DNA from: an uncultured virus (IMG/VR IMGVR_UViG_3300030330_002895)
Taxonomy: Duplodnaviria > Heunggongvirae > Uroviricota > Caudoviricetes
Virus record (IMG/VR): IMGVR_UViG_3300030330_002895
Coordinates: 1 to 64,000 of that record
Length of the DNA stretch: 64,000 nucleotides
Strand: one strand, 5' to 3'
Part shown: positions 48,801-55,441 of the stretch, piece by piece
Layout: each line of letters opens with the position of its first letter
Numbering within the stretch: the first letter of the stretch is position 1
Program-made: the position numbers and the translations under genes
Notes under the pieces: generated by a model
What the model was told of the DNA's origin: nothing
Database searches by the model: none
What the model saw: the letters and a program-made list of their open reading frames with translations, nothing else

Positions 48801-48807
48801 TAAATAA
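36862..48807 (+). CDS. virion-packaged double-barrel RNA polymerase polyprotein with zincin-like domain (3981 aa)
   Basis: QRIPTS followed by GSDLDGD (DxDGD metal-binding loop, 43681-43701); FESSIKV; HELSH...EEAVA zincin motif (39619-39633); size and position as in crAss-like phages. Confidence 0.88.
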   Translation: MSKPNFLNVQKEIEKYDAGTTAQDTTPIDVNVTSVPQAPMPVYEEVSPGDDGKYGFVDANVLDKPELKAPDQPILGFNPTIDYTTNALGFSEYSGEGVRTALRDSDLSGFQDFSMVGKLWRSVAAGVGSQIFTAAGNAIDWIDGVGHLVTGTEEQGRSIYDAKNPEGTPSQRGEEIQNPLVNWNPLNPLAVFNVFEYFTGIDPVSSLTDTLRKAGSALETIDDKIEEQYKDEHGEQFIKRDAEGNIKVDYSQLFVMDFWLTKVAKQLPNMVMFAGTGLAGKALSAKAYHAANATKLVSSMKKSHLGKKFIEIGTKRFGDSFSGLGTAEVFGGALGANLSEGTILAGEAYKEALSEGLTKDQAAVVGLQVMGDNAKYMAVDALKWSIFDKGIKTIPAGLRRAAKLEVGTGTTFKTFMASLTVGSGLTYVSGKAEEFQEVYQDWRIKTRLAHMKGEEFMSYSDYYNSPEIAETRLVSFGMGVLTGGFGVTLKSAVNDAAIASNIIDEKIETSGFMKGGSGLVFQQSAENIKNRGTAGGKFTADEIIVNEKHKVVEDIIASSVASGEASFNKKQIVDKLEKSKFSKQEVEASLQLLEEMDVAFQPFRSAKLDRQYRMNAAKIAYSISMEEKILAENNENYQAQIEAIQNSSRSEARKKQEIKLVEEEMQTAQEMSMQTIENYHNSIDQLKAENLQEAMDDAAAVDAKNENKRNAAQRAKTDEVITRERASQAKQEKTKTKKQTPAQRKNRIKEINSQIKNLQQEREQIDTDVDGTREAFEAIEKQISDLNAEKLSLESLDKKDAGRKTNLENIKKRKAAKKKTDPRQQKLFQKKDPEKKPTDNLFDKKDIKPKFKTESNGVVIPNRQFGVEAVYRERLRKKGISLVVYDHFSKTQDGKTYWGLAQGLSVFLDANKATQETFFHELSHVYLLEHWDSAPVKKLREIIIDQPVFQEAKRMYMNELVLSNGRTFGEMVSSLDGIITKNQWKRENPDKAEVEYVDYVASKLKKRKIKILPDAKQRIVVEEAVADLISKSKDNQDLNGLIALPKKKTVLGRMKAFFSKAKNRKLSKEDRDAILKESGNESLIDNENALNDVIKDYEAQTMGKEGRFNFRRTRNGFKGKVAMPSTDQQLYNNIELGGIVQDLFGAYESLEEVGMRLEKDSKGEYTPAAKKRYQAWVLDTWPKVKEDIQELYEGDGKGNNKQISETLWENWSYEEGISRPDFVNQRRYLNQVIRRRVGGAAKTEWADIVDEESWLESYLDTRNGENETVSKWVEDFSNMTPNIQGERDVKRLVRKYVWRAIHGKQEMSTKEEFADNMNALIKKWNSKVLIDGKLRQNKDTGFNLMQETLVKYGMFLKQLYKNNGWDSENVFNELYHDVSSYKKISWFTYFNDLDGKTTLKPYKGTQLIHGKTFDKAQSFNGEEIQSIFENNFANIQPNSKANPFLKYLTRLVKLQETLESTTNVRQKRKLAADFIYDQFVLNMSQASQDIESSIDLIDTQAVDEIIADNAESLIKNTARMKMSDKQPPAEIKKRLGNFLGRPEFLTEKQKKFRGEQMRYRFSQGYFMHPNNKKQLEKLFNKSLQYYKEDGTSNGRVNVFQGIRVGDKIGNTFGVPVLGTIAKSITEAQAEAKFDSMIKMPGGEMTANISKSHQIDIAIRQIADMNNTEEGKAKLKDLFGDNPIIERMIKTGEAPVIKQIIGGNIKERVPKIGERIRGFDSGRQTANEMTDMHISLIQEAINNNSKTYSQSISIFGDKRLELHLNNANLYSLTEARDIANKLSSKKAQEYVNDLNTYLKTSRAQSIQFVSKEQIEQIALNYFINKYYAKDLLIGPAQYFKNTKDYVKRAVGSVAMHVALGSDFRIEPIMLKDVMTDIVVNGKTVQVNAVDACTFCLESDGQVINERYGKARPVGSHFKFVYNGQNYDNKTFENKVGKRHPFYGKTNTFVLTDQFVADNPKFAPLKRALEARKEATRGTNKEVIPMIMFESSIKVLGENANGIFDTLIEGKEGQSSVDALEQMLNNNTFNKHQDDLFTDNTGESTVHGLDGSYIGVQTELDKVSKDNKGTLSKQLTHMLYSNPEIVKQADDVMQSLIDSFKGEADNVFSNFGTTEKQISKEKLNSILYRVFDKADKSVFGPSVVNLLQQGSLDSGTLSVIKNIIAKNIVKSATKFRGPGGLGIQSTDFGIRVDRAGIVGDGLNHYIIEDGVITSPAEIVLDSSVAASLNLEIGSEVIVQRIPTSKLGDGVVCKVVQITENMGTMAAISAETSSILGSDLDGDSLHIIGKHPKTKLTKSQQLYNEAFDKLKDFLMLPENMLYTQKGINELDGYMQDRLSEIKDLSKEVPAETIDDLSILGNRNMYISNRGSQDMIGVAAVFNNGHKILSSGEAIGIDLNTIIDGKYVDNMYKDKGNSWIDLAYMLNMFLDDANKGFATSVNLNEHTYNTASELVSRGVGLDTAIKIINHPFIKKLVSDARLYNDSITNQALRYLGPKKEFSKNRANALKETVDLNINNNFYSNNDKVNKQLALLLIKTNDLPSMNQLDALRQLASLDSRMPTTTAEGVEMIDSILNVSMGSKKTKEGVDKSFVDVSNMVSVSPGVTLNDLKESIFDNDLSKLRESITFNNPILQNNFNTLTKAVENQRKIDPAYTGGFYNVINRVFPLQKLFTSAFEMGLTKRQKIQTIENIENRLRSVRLMQSDVYKNINATEILTGLESEIQINDEVMSKEELDIAMDSVVSDDIPLDKTFDKTIAHLKDIKGAENFEYLSEFIEFETVSKENRGGYVVGEPKGFQQLSFKQDGVASELYLPNLEHKSREEFIMKPRIDKLKSTPISVVKEMFESMPAEYQEFMYLYDLVNNNHGGPNTLFPYLHGEMKESVIKETQRQVLDSQKDIKEGALSNASIEMMHDDLIVNNKGSIIDVTNRIKKWKKETQVAPGYWNGLQQGVTLDNNNIKIEAEQTKGIPYGSIVKLTLDTSNEVRTAVLYRTSQEPVLDGDKSFMVLTPVLNSFKRNKTIPSKQPASRDSRTKGKMYMLVDEKVSSTSRHNSLGKTQDGKDIVDNDGRFGSTKMYMLVEEEEMFNESTSLSFDDYLKLRGEFDENLSRSKRKKYIKEYNKYLNDLNEVEILQEKYLKKDENGVTHLEDQYSSENISKIIETEIYPLDEVARRNLYNTMVKILAAKAAIKGLDNIIKLNKLSKEKIKEYESIKKKISSGSKNLKDVNWGRLYMDPDITTAEMTEVGEMIKQIEESEMLYRRDLNKIQNETNKAHDELMKDRFKNGLIPWWLKSWAYKVLPGVRHLKIMNRHIYKNLVYEAERVDENGHYYRVLELKDYLDVHGKPSVFRMKKAGLSQAEQNYYKMFIEKTSMFQNHMSQKKGMDGMPILQHSRTKLYIPNRSGGFLETMAARNMTATFIAFNYDSTLKDVVVTGKHPLLRNEEVTKPLAWFINKYKISQMDEGISLSDYRRKQELKSLQNQAERKVRNGKAVRAEKVEDFSQGKSFNRYLSGRSSRSEFSASFDIHQNLNDYVEKNLFSHGLETQKGYSYTGAMSLAPIIDGVISYNSFKGNPQAQKWVQELWKDRYLMGKSKKSIINQYGKKHWADKIATGLIKWTMFIGLALAPAVGVSNIAVGKINEYRRSGSLSMRRGEKRWWGEMYRSKAGKNNKVFGISDYFGLLTNPTAMTTDGFFDGPIGSVMFWFMTASESYIQRTAFASQLTDAEFDSFEMENGVLKIKKGQNSIQKDKTNEEVFEGIKQRASEMKYNVYKVQGRGYTNTDQRLIQNYYILEGALQFKRWFPTFVMDRLGNERINRFGGSEIGSLTASWQFLKDIWQEDGVAGVVDIRKWGKNSPEYQDLPKHRQEAIQRMIRGGKASLVVLALLALGGWGEEDEDDSFVKSKLEQLLSDIFLISNVKRLHYMAAPPMFQTGKNITEGFANFFSNAKYQRKTKYFEKGDPKAKGSFIKLLPRFLREVAFENKDK

Positions 48808-48814
48808 TAATTTG

Positions 48815-48822
48815 TATATTTG
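48815..48822 (+). promoter_or_regulatory. -7 element TATATTTG
   Basis: Within AATTTGTATATTTGTAT, which recurs identically at 52529-52545. Confidence 0.65.
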
Positions 48823-48845
48823 TATAATCTATAAAAATAAATAAA

Positions 48846-49331
48846 ATGGCATATTCAACTACTCCAACAGGAACAGTTTCATTAAATATAAACACAGCTG
48901 GATACACATCTTCTGATGTGGGCGTTTCAGCAAGAATGTCTTTGCATGACATAACTCATGGAGCAGGTTGTAAAAAAAGCACTGGTCTTAAAAGAGTTTT
49001 AGGAACAAATAATAGTGGTGCTGGTATTTTAGTGTTTGACACATCGTCGTTTAGCGCTGCAAGTGCAGCTACTACTAGGGGTAGGGGGTATTTGTATATA
49101 AAAAACCCAAACACAACAACTAAAGGTACTAGAAAATTTGAAGTATACGAAACAGATAAAGACCAAAATTTGTTATGTGAATTATTTGAGGGTGATTTTT
49201 TATTTTTACCTGTTACATTGCACGACGGATGTGACATAACTGTTTTGGGTACAGATGACACTCATCCATTAGAATATATGATAATATATGAAGGAGCAGA
49301 TGCAGGATATATACCAGGACAAGAATTATAA
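48846..49331 (+). CDS. putative virion protein, paralog family C
   Basis: TGLKRV...GYLYIKN...GDFLFLP...LEY; paralog of the ORF at 49350. Confidence 0.65.
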   Translation: MAYSTTPTGTVSLNINTAGYTSSDVGVSARMSLHDITHGAGCKKSTGLKRVLGTNNSGAGILVFDTSSFSAASAATTRGRGYLYIKNPNTTTKGTRKFEVYETDKDQNLLCELFEGDFLFLPVTLHDGCDITVLGTDDTHPLEYMIIYEGADAGYIPGQEL

Positions 49332-49349
49332 TAATTAAAAAAGAAAAAA

Positions 49350-49775
49350 ATGGCTTTTAATCCAACAAATCCAGTAGTAACAGCAAATATCGGTGTAAAA
49401 AGTTCTACCATATCTAGTTCTCCTATTAATGTATATTGTAATTTTACAATGAGAAAGAGAGGTTCCTTAACTGATAATTTAGATGTTGCTAGTGGAGTTC
49501 AAAGAATAACAAATGGGCAAACAGCAATAACTACCATTATTACTGCTGCTAATGTTACAAGCACAAAAAATGGATATGTGTTTCTTAAAAATTTATCTGC
49601 AGTAGCAGGTGAAGAACTTTTAGTTACACTAGGCTCAACGGTAGTAGGTAATGTGCCTCCAGGAGGGGCAGCTTTAATACCGTATCAAGCAGACAATGAT
49701 TTTAAAGTAACGCATGCAAGTAATGCGTCACAAGAATATGAATTTCTTCACATTTTTGAAGATACAACACATTAA
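49350..49775 (+). CDS. putative virion protein, paralog family C
   Basis: SGVQRI...GYVFLKN...GGAALIP...YEF. Confidence 0.65.
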   Translation: MAFNPTNPVVTANIGVKSSTISSSPINVYCNFTMRKRGSLTDNLDVASGVQRITNGQTAITTIITAANVTSTKNGYVFLKNLSAVAGEELLVTLGSTVVGNVPPGGAALIPYQADNDFKVTHASNASQEYEFLHIFEDTTH

Positions 49776-49786
49776 ATAATATAATT

Positions 49787-50023
49787 ATGGGAAGTTTATT
49801 AGACCAAATAGGTGTAAATCAAACAGGAGGCTCAAGAGTAGCATCTTCTAGTGGTTCATCAAAAAAGGCTAGCCCCAAAAAAGCTAGACCTAAGTCAAAA
49901 TATAAAAGTAAAAAACTTACTAAAAGTAAAAATATTAAGGTTATGGTGCCAAAAGGTTCTCCTAAAAAAGCAGCGCCACCACCAAAAAAAGGAAAAGGAC
50001 CAAAAGGAGGAGGAAGACCATAA
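49787..50023 (+). CDS. small Lys/Ser/Pro-rich basic protein
   Basis: Low-complexity, histone-H1-like composition; good start context. Confidence 0.65.
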   Translation: MGSLLDQIGVNQTGGSRVASSSGSSKKASPKKARPKSKYKSKKLTKSKNIKVMVPKGSPKKAAPPPKKGKGPKGGGRP

Positions 50024-50034
50024 AACTATAAGAT

Positions 50035-50655
50035 ATGCCTATACATAAAACAAGTTTATACGATGCTTCGTTAATTTTAGCTCCTAACGGCACACTGGAC
50101 CTTAGGGGTGTTGCTGCTGTTGTGGGAATAGATGTTAATGGAGCGCATAATGCTGGAACAAAAACAGTTGTTGTAAACGGTACGGACGCAACAGGTTTTT
50201 CTGCTGGTGATAAAGTGATAAGTGGACTAACAGGTGAGGCTTTGGGTACTGTAGCATCTTCTGCAACTAATTCTGTTACATTTGTAAATGGAATAAAACA
50301 TTCACTAGTAGATGATGATACTTTAGAATTAGCTCCTAAGTTTGAAATAGTAGGTATTATGCCTTTAGGTTCTACTGCTACTGCTGGAGGTAATGAAAGT
50401 GATGTTGAAATTGATGTATTAATACCTTGTTCAACAGCTTATTTTGGAACACTTGCTCCCAATGGCGGCTCTTGGCCTGCTTTTGATGACCACGTAACAA
50501 GATTTGGTGCTGGAGCAGAAATAGGAGATACCCTTTCTCCTTCTTTAGACTTGCCTTCGGGAACATTGTTTGAAGGAAGATGGAAAAAAATATCTGTTAC
50601 TGGTAATGGTTCAGCTATTATATATTTAAAAGCAGCTACTGCTCAAACATTTTAA
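50035..50655 (+). CDS. putative tail-associated protein, paralog family D
   Basis: YFGT...GTLFEGRWKKISV...AIIYL; paralog of the ORF at 50659. Confidence 0.65.
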   Translation: MPIHKTSLYDASLILAPNGTLDLRGVAAVVGIDVNGAHNAGTKTVVVNGTDATGFSAGDKVISGLTGEALGTVASSATNSVTFVNGIKHSLVDDDTLELAPKFEIVGIMPLGSTATAGGNESDVEIDVLIPCSTAYFGTLAPNGGSWPAFDDHVTRFGAGAEIGDTLSPSLDLPSGTLFEGRWKKISVTGNGSAIIYLKAATAQTF

Positions 50656-50658
50656 TTT

Positions 50659-51390
50659 ATGAACATAGATGACCTATCCAAGTTTTCGCTGGGTCAATAT
50701 GGGTCGGTGACATTAGATTCTGCTGAACAATTATCTTTAATTGGTTCTAGCAAATATCTTATAGGAGCAATACATATATTAAGCAATAGAGAATCTTCAT
50801 CTACAGATAACTCATTTCAATATTTAGTGGCAAATGACATAAATCCTTTATATTGGGGGACACATTCTGGTGGCTCTATGGTTTTGCAATTTAATGGAGA
50901 AAATATAAATTCTACAGATGACACTATTCAAATTAACAATAGTTTAGATTGGAAGTTTATAAGACCAGGTCATACATGTAATTATTTTGCAAGAGGACAG
51001 TCAGATTCGTCATTAGGGTTAACATCTTGTGTAATAGATGGTTCTAACTTTCATCCAACTACAGCAAATAGGGTTTATACTGTTGTAGAAAAAAATGATT
51101 ACAATAGAACATTAAAATTAAAAGATAGTTCTGGTGCTATAGTAAATTTAACAACACAATCTCCAGATGTAGCAGGCTCAAAAAGAGCATTAGTTTTTCC
51201 AGCCATAACTGCACAAACTACAGCCTTAATAGAAGACTCTTTAGACGCTGATGATGCAAATCATGATGCTGGACCTTTTGTAGCAGGAGATAATATAGTA
51301 GAGGGCGTTATATTGTATGGTAGATGGAATTTTGTTAAATTAGGTGCTTATGTAAGAGCAGTTGCTTATTTAATTCCTAAAATTATATGA
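50659..51390 (+). CDS. putative tail-associated protein, paralog family D
   Basis: LGQYGS...YWGT...GVILYGRWNFVKL...AVAYL. Confidence 0.65.
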   Translation: MNIDDLSKFSLGQYGSVTLDSAEQLSLIGSSKYLIGAIHILSNRESSSTDNSFQYLVANDINPLYWGTHSGGSMVLQFNGENINSTDDTIQINNSLDWKFIRPGHTCNYFARGQSDSSLGLTSCVIDGSNFHPTTANRVYTVVEKNDYNRTLKLKDSSGAIVNLTTQSPDVAGSKRALVFPAITAQTTALIEDSLDADDANHDAGPFVAGDNIVEGVILYGRWNFVKLGAYVRAVAYLIPKII

Positions 51391-52529
51391 TTACGCGTGT
51401 TAATTATAATCGCGGCAGAAGGTTTTTAAACCCTTTAGAAATAGAAGCTCAATATGTAACAGAAGATAGAGCTACAAATCCTGATTTGTTATTATGGATA
51501 GACTTTACAGACGCAACTTCTTTAAGAAGCGTTAATTCTGGTGGTGTTTCTGCTCCTACAAATGGTCAGGGAATACAAATTGCACACAATAAGTCTTATG
51601 AAACTTCTGGTTCTAATGCGGGCATGGCAAGCGCAGGAGAAAAAGCTCTTGGCAAATATGCTGCTCAAGTAGGAAGCGCCTCTAAGTGTCCTGTTTTTGT
51701 TGACCCAGGAGACGGAACCCCATCTTATGCTACATTTGATGGAGACCAATTTTTAGAAATAACAAAACAAGTAGGTGCAGCTGTAAATGGTACAGATTTT
51801 TCTACAACAGAATTAGATTTGAATAGTTTTTGCATGTATTTTGTGTGTCAAAGAGAAAACCCTTCGGTTTTAACACGACAAGACGTTATGTTTTTAACAT
51901 CTAATGATTTTACTGTTGACACTCCAAATCAACATGTGGCTTTTTGTTTTGACCCAGATGCAAGCTATAGAGCAGTTTTAGAAATGATAGACGGCAATCA
52001 AGCTTCTGGAGAAAAGTCAAGATATGTTAGATATGATGATGGAGATGATACAAATTTTCATTATCACGCATTTAATGCATATGAAAATTACAATAATAAT
52101 ATACCAGATAGTAAGCATGTTTCTTTGCAAGCAGACGGAACTCATCATCAATTTGGAGAATATAATCACAATCCTTCACTATTTCCTAGTCCTTTTTATT
52201 CAAGAAGTGGAGTGCCAGGAGGAACTGTATCTGGTCCTTCAGGTTTAGGAAAACAAGGAGGTCATGACATAACTTTGCAATTTACTTCTGCTAGTTCACA
52301 TCATCCAAGTATAACTATAGGTGGACAATCAAGATTTGGAAGCGCAAGCACTCTTCATTCAAAGGGAACTTTTAAGGGTAAAATATATGAAGTTTTAATT
52401 TTTAAAAGCGAACATGCAGGACCCCCTATAGTTGATGTTTTGTTTTTTAATAAACTTTTTAAACGCAGATGGTCTAATATGTATTATTATTTGCAAAGAA
52501 AATATCAGTATATATCAGTAAAAATTTAA
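51387..52529 (+). CDS. LamG/concanavalin-like domain protein (possible receptor binding)
   Basis: LLLWIDFTD...FDGDQFL...ITIGG...FKGKIYEVLIF pattern. Confidence 0.7.
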   Translation: MITRVNYNRGRRFLNPLEIEAQYVTEDRATNPDLLLWIDFTDATSLRSVNSGGVSAPTNGQGIQIAHNKSYETSGSNAGMASAGEKALGKYAAQVGSASKCPVFVDPGDGTPSYATFDGDQFLEITKQVGAAVNGTDFSTTELDLNSFCMYFVCQRENPSVLTRQDVMFLTSNDFTVDTPNQHVAFCFDPDASYRAVLEMIDGNQASGEKSRYVRYDDGDDTNFHYHAFNAYENYNNNIPDSKHVSLQADGTHHQFGEYNHNPSLFPSPFYSRSGVPGGTVSGPSGLGKQGGHDITLQFTSASSHHPSITIGGQSRFGSASTLHSKGTFKGKIYEVLIFKSEHAGPPIVDVLFFNKLFKRRWSNMYYYLQRKYQYISVKI

Positions 52530-52534
52530 ATTTG

Positions 52535-52542
52535 TATATTTG
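52535..52542 (+). promoter_or_regulatory. -7 element TATATTTG
   Basis: 4 nt before ATG 52547. Confidence 0.65.
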
Positions 52543-52546
52543 TATG

Positions 52547-53611
52547 ATGAAAAAGATATTATTATTTTTTGTATTATTAACTGCCATGTGTAGTTCTCAA
52601 AATTTTTTTAAGTATTCTACTTTTTATGCCTCTTCTACAATGGGTTCTTCTACTCTAGAGGATGGCATGTTTAAAATAGAAAACAAAGAGTTATTAGATA
52701 TTACAGAAGTGCATGCTTACGACTATAATGTAACATTGGGCTGGAGAAAAGTGGCTCGTTTTGATTATGAAGGCAAAATTAAGTCTTTTTATGACGGAAC
52801 TGAGTCTACAATGTCAAATAAGGCTCCTATAGGCAATGCTAAGGGGTTTGAATATTTAGCAAATATATCTTTAGTTCGAGATAGGGGAGAACAATACATA
52901 AATCAGGATTTCTTTTTACGTTATTTGAGTGATTCGTATGTTTTTAAAGCACAGTTTGTGGACAATCAAAGGGTAGACTTAAAATATGTGTTATCTGAGC
53001 TTAAATGGCGTAAAAACGTGGGAAATTGGGATTTTACTATAGGTGGTGCATTTAGAATACACCCAGCATACGGTTTTTTGCCAATATATGAGTTTTGGGA
53101 CCCAGCTGTAACACCATTTACAGCAATAGCTGAAGACTTTGGTTATGTAAGTGAACAATGGATGCAGGGTAATTATGTAAATTATGATTGGTTTGATATA
53201 AGCAGTGGAGACTCTGTACAGGTAGCACACACAACAGGAGAGTTTATGCAGTACCATTTTGGTAATGCGATAGACGATTTTAATGATAGTGAACTAGAAA
53301 AACTAGGATTACAAAAAGAATTATCAGTAACACTAGGAGTTGCATATTACAAGTGGACTCCAGAATGGTGGTTACACGGCTGGATGAATATTCTTCCTTA
53401 CCACGTAGGCCTTGACGATTACAGTTTTGACTACACGCTACCCCAGTGGGAGGACGACCCTATACCAGCCGTAATAGAATGGGACGCTGGTCTCGTTATG
53501 GGGGTTAGATTGACTAAAAGTTTGGGATTTTTTATGGAGGGTGTTCATCAAAGATATTGGATGAAACCTGTCTATGAATTTAAGGTTGGTATAAATTATT
53601 TATTTTTGTAA
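52547..53611 (+). CDS. exported outer-membrane beta-barrel-like protein
   Basis: MKKILLFFVLLTAMCSSQ signal peptide, alternating aromatic beta strands, C-terminal YEFKVGINYLFL beta-signal-like strand. Confidence 0.65.
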   Translation: MKKILLFFVLLTAMCSSQNFFKYSTFYASSTMGSSTLEDGMFKIENKELLDITEVHAYDYNVTLGWRKVARFDYEGKIKSFYDGTESTMSNKAPIGNAKGFEYLANISLVRDRGEQYINQDFFLRYLSDSYVFKAQFVDNQRVDLKYVLSELKWRKNVGNWDFTIGGAFRIHPAYGFLPIYEFWDPAVTPFTAIAEDFGYVSEQWMQGNYVNYDWFDISSGDSVQVAHTTGEFMQYHFGNAIDDFNDSELEKLGLQKELSVTLGVAYYKWTPEWWLHGWMNILPYHVGLDDYSFDYTLPQWEDDPIPAVIEWDAGLVMGVRLTKSLGFFMEGVHQRYWMKPVYEFKVGINYLFL

Positions 53612-53612
53612 T

Positions 53613-54362
53613 ATGAAGAAACTAATATCTATATTAATTACTATATCCTCTTTTGCTTTTGGTCAAGGTTACGACTTTCAACAGTTGTGCTTAGACTGTG
53701 CAGCTCAAAATGGATTTTATTGTGGGGACGACCCAGCTAATTGGACTCAGTATTCTCCTAATGGCTGTGTTCCTAATGGTCAAGGAAACTTGTTTTATCT
53801 TAATGACGGGTGGGACGATTGTGTTGATGGAGCTGATGAAGATAACGCAGAACCAACATCACCATTAGATTGTTTACCTCCTATTTTAGAAGAGTGTGAC
53901 ACTATATTTGTTGATATACCAATATACATATATGAAACAGAATTTATTTTTGATACTATTGTAGAAACAGAGTATATTACTAATATAGTAATTGACACAG
54001 TGCAAATTGAAACGTTTGTTCCTGAATATATATATGTTACAGACACGGTGTATGTTTATGAAGATGTGTTAGACACATTGTTTGTAGATGTTGTAGAGTA
54101 TGTGGATGTAATTGTTTATGACACCGTAGTAGAAACTGAATACGTGGAAATTTTTGTTATAGATACTGTTACTGAGTATATAGAAATAATAAACACAGAA
54201 TATATAGATTGCGATACTGGTTTGCCTTGTAACAGTTCGCTTGCAGAAATATTAGATAAATCAACATCTAATAATTTACTATATAATTTACAAGGGCAAG
54301 TAATAAGAAAACCAGAAGGTGTTTACATCGAAGGAGGTAGTATTAAATATAAAATAAATTAA
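53613..54362 (+). CDS. secreted Cys-rich protein: LDLa-like motif, DT[VI] repeats, T9SS-type C-terminal domain
   Basis: Signal peptide ending AFG-Q; NDGWDDCVDGADE; repeated DTI/DTV/DTL; LYNLQGQVI...GVYIEGG tail. Confidence 0.7.
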   Translation: MKKLISILITISSFAFGQGYDFQQLCLDCAAQNGFYCGDDPANWTQYSPNGCVPNGQGNLFYLNDGWDDCVDGADEDNAEPTSPLDCLPPILEECDTIFVDIPIYIYETEFIFDTIVETEYITNIVIDTVQIETFVPEYIYVTDTVYVYEDVLDTLFVDVVEYVDVIVYDTVVETEYVEIFVIDTVTEYIEIINTEYIDCDTGLPCNSSLAEILDKSTSNNLLYNLQGQVIRKPEGVYIEGGSIKYKIN

Positions 54363-54364
54363 TT

Positions 54365-54589
54365 ATGGCTTTTAAAGATATTATGGGCAAAATTGGTGGC
54401 GCTGTTAAAGGTGCTGCAGGTGCTGGTATGTTAGGACCAGTAGGAATGCTAGCAGGTAAACTTTTAGGTAAGAAAGGAATGCGAGTAAAAAAAGGAAAGA
54501 AAAAAATGATGGGCGGTGGAAAGATGAAATATAAGTATAAAAAAGGAGGCTCTGTAAAAAGAGATATGTTTACTCAGCAATACGACTAA
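54365..54589 (+). CDS. small basic Gly/Met/Lys-rich protein with GG...QYD tail
   Basis: Ends YKKGGSVKRDMFTQQYD. Confidence 0.75.
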   Translation: MAFKDIMGKIGGAVKGAAGAGMLGPVGMLAGKLLGKKGMRVKKGKKKMMGGGKMKYKYKKGGSVKRDMFTQQYD

Positions 54590-54951
54590 TGTATACTTAC
54601 AAAGCAGAGGTAGCAAGAGTTATTGACGGAGACACAATAGATGCTAATATAGATTTAGGGTTTGATGTAACCATAAAAAAAAGAATTAGATTAGCAGGCA
54701 TTGACACTCCAGAGTCTAGGACTAGAGACTTAGAAGAAAAAAAGCGTGGACTAGCGTCTAAAGATAGATTGGTAGAGCTTTTAGATAAAGGCAATTTAGT
54801 TGTAGAAAGTCAAAGCGTTGGCAAGTTTGGAAGAGTTTTGGGTGTATTACATGTATATCCTGATGATTTAGACCTGCCTATTAATGTTAATGACACCTTA
54901 GTAAAAGAGGGTTTTGCTGTTGAATACTGGGGTGGAAAGAAAAAGAAATGA
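54589..54951 (+). CDS. thermonuclease (SNase-like)
   Basis: RVIDGDT, RIRLAGIDTPE, GKFGRVLG motifs. Confidence 0.92.
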   Translation: MYTYKAEVARVIDGDTIDANIDLGFDVTIKKRIRLAGIDTPESRTRDLEEKKRGLASKDRLVELLDKGNLVVESQSVGKFGRVLGVLHVYPDDLDLPINVNDTLVKEGFAVEYWGGKKKK

Positions 54952-55163
54952 TGAATATATTTAAGGACGATAATAACTGGAACGAAAAATCTATAATTGG
55001 ATTTGTTGCCTTTGCTATTATGGTCTTAATTATGATAGCTGATTTAGTAACAGGGTGGGTGGGCAAAGACCTAGTTATTAATAAGTTTGTATATGACTCC
55101 TTTGTGTGGGTAGTTCTTGGATGTTTTGGAATTAGTGGAGTTGAAAAATTCGCAAAAAAATGA
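54948..55163 (+). CDS. small two-TM membrane protein (holin-like)
   Basis: Two hydrophobic helices and a GISGVEKF basic tail. Confidence 0.6.
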   Translation: MMNIFKDDNNWNEKSIIGFVAFAIMVLIMIADLVTGWVGKDLVINKFVYDSFVWVVLGCFGISGVEKFAKK

Positions 55164-55441
55164 AAGAAATATCAGAAGATTCTAAATTTGAAGTAAGCCT
55201 AAAATCATTAGGAGGCTTAGCAGTTTTAATTTTTGCTTTTGTAGGTATGTGGTTTACACTACAAGCCGACATAGCTGAGGCAAAAGAACTTCCAATCCCA
55301 CCTAAACCAGAAGTTACCAAAATGGAATTTGATATGAAAGACAAAATGATACGTGCAACTATTATGACAACACAAGAAGATGTGAAAGAAATTAAAGAAG
55401 ACATTAAGTATCTTAGAGACAAAATAGATGACATGCAATGA
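55160..55441 (+). CDS. membrane-anchored coiled-coil protein
   Basis: One TM segment (LGGLAVLIFAFVGMWF) followed by a heptad-rich tail. Confidence 0.65.
   Translation: MKEISEDSKFEVSLKSLGGLAVLIFAFVGMWFTLQADIAEAKELPIPPKPEVTKMEFDMKDKMIRATIMTTQEDVKEIKEDIKYLRDKIDDMQ

Noticed and set aside
53900..54215. DT[VI] repeats as a DNA tandem repeat or array
   Set aside because: The repeats are degenerate at nucleotide level and conserved only as peptide.
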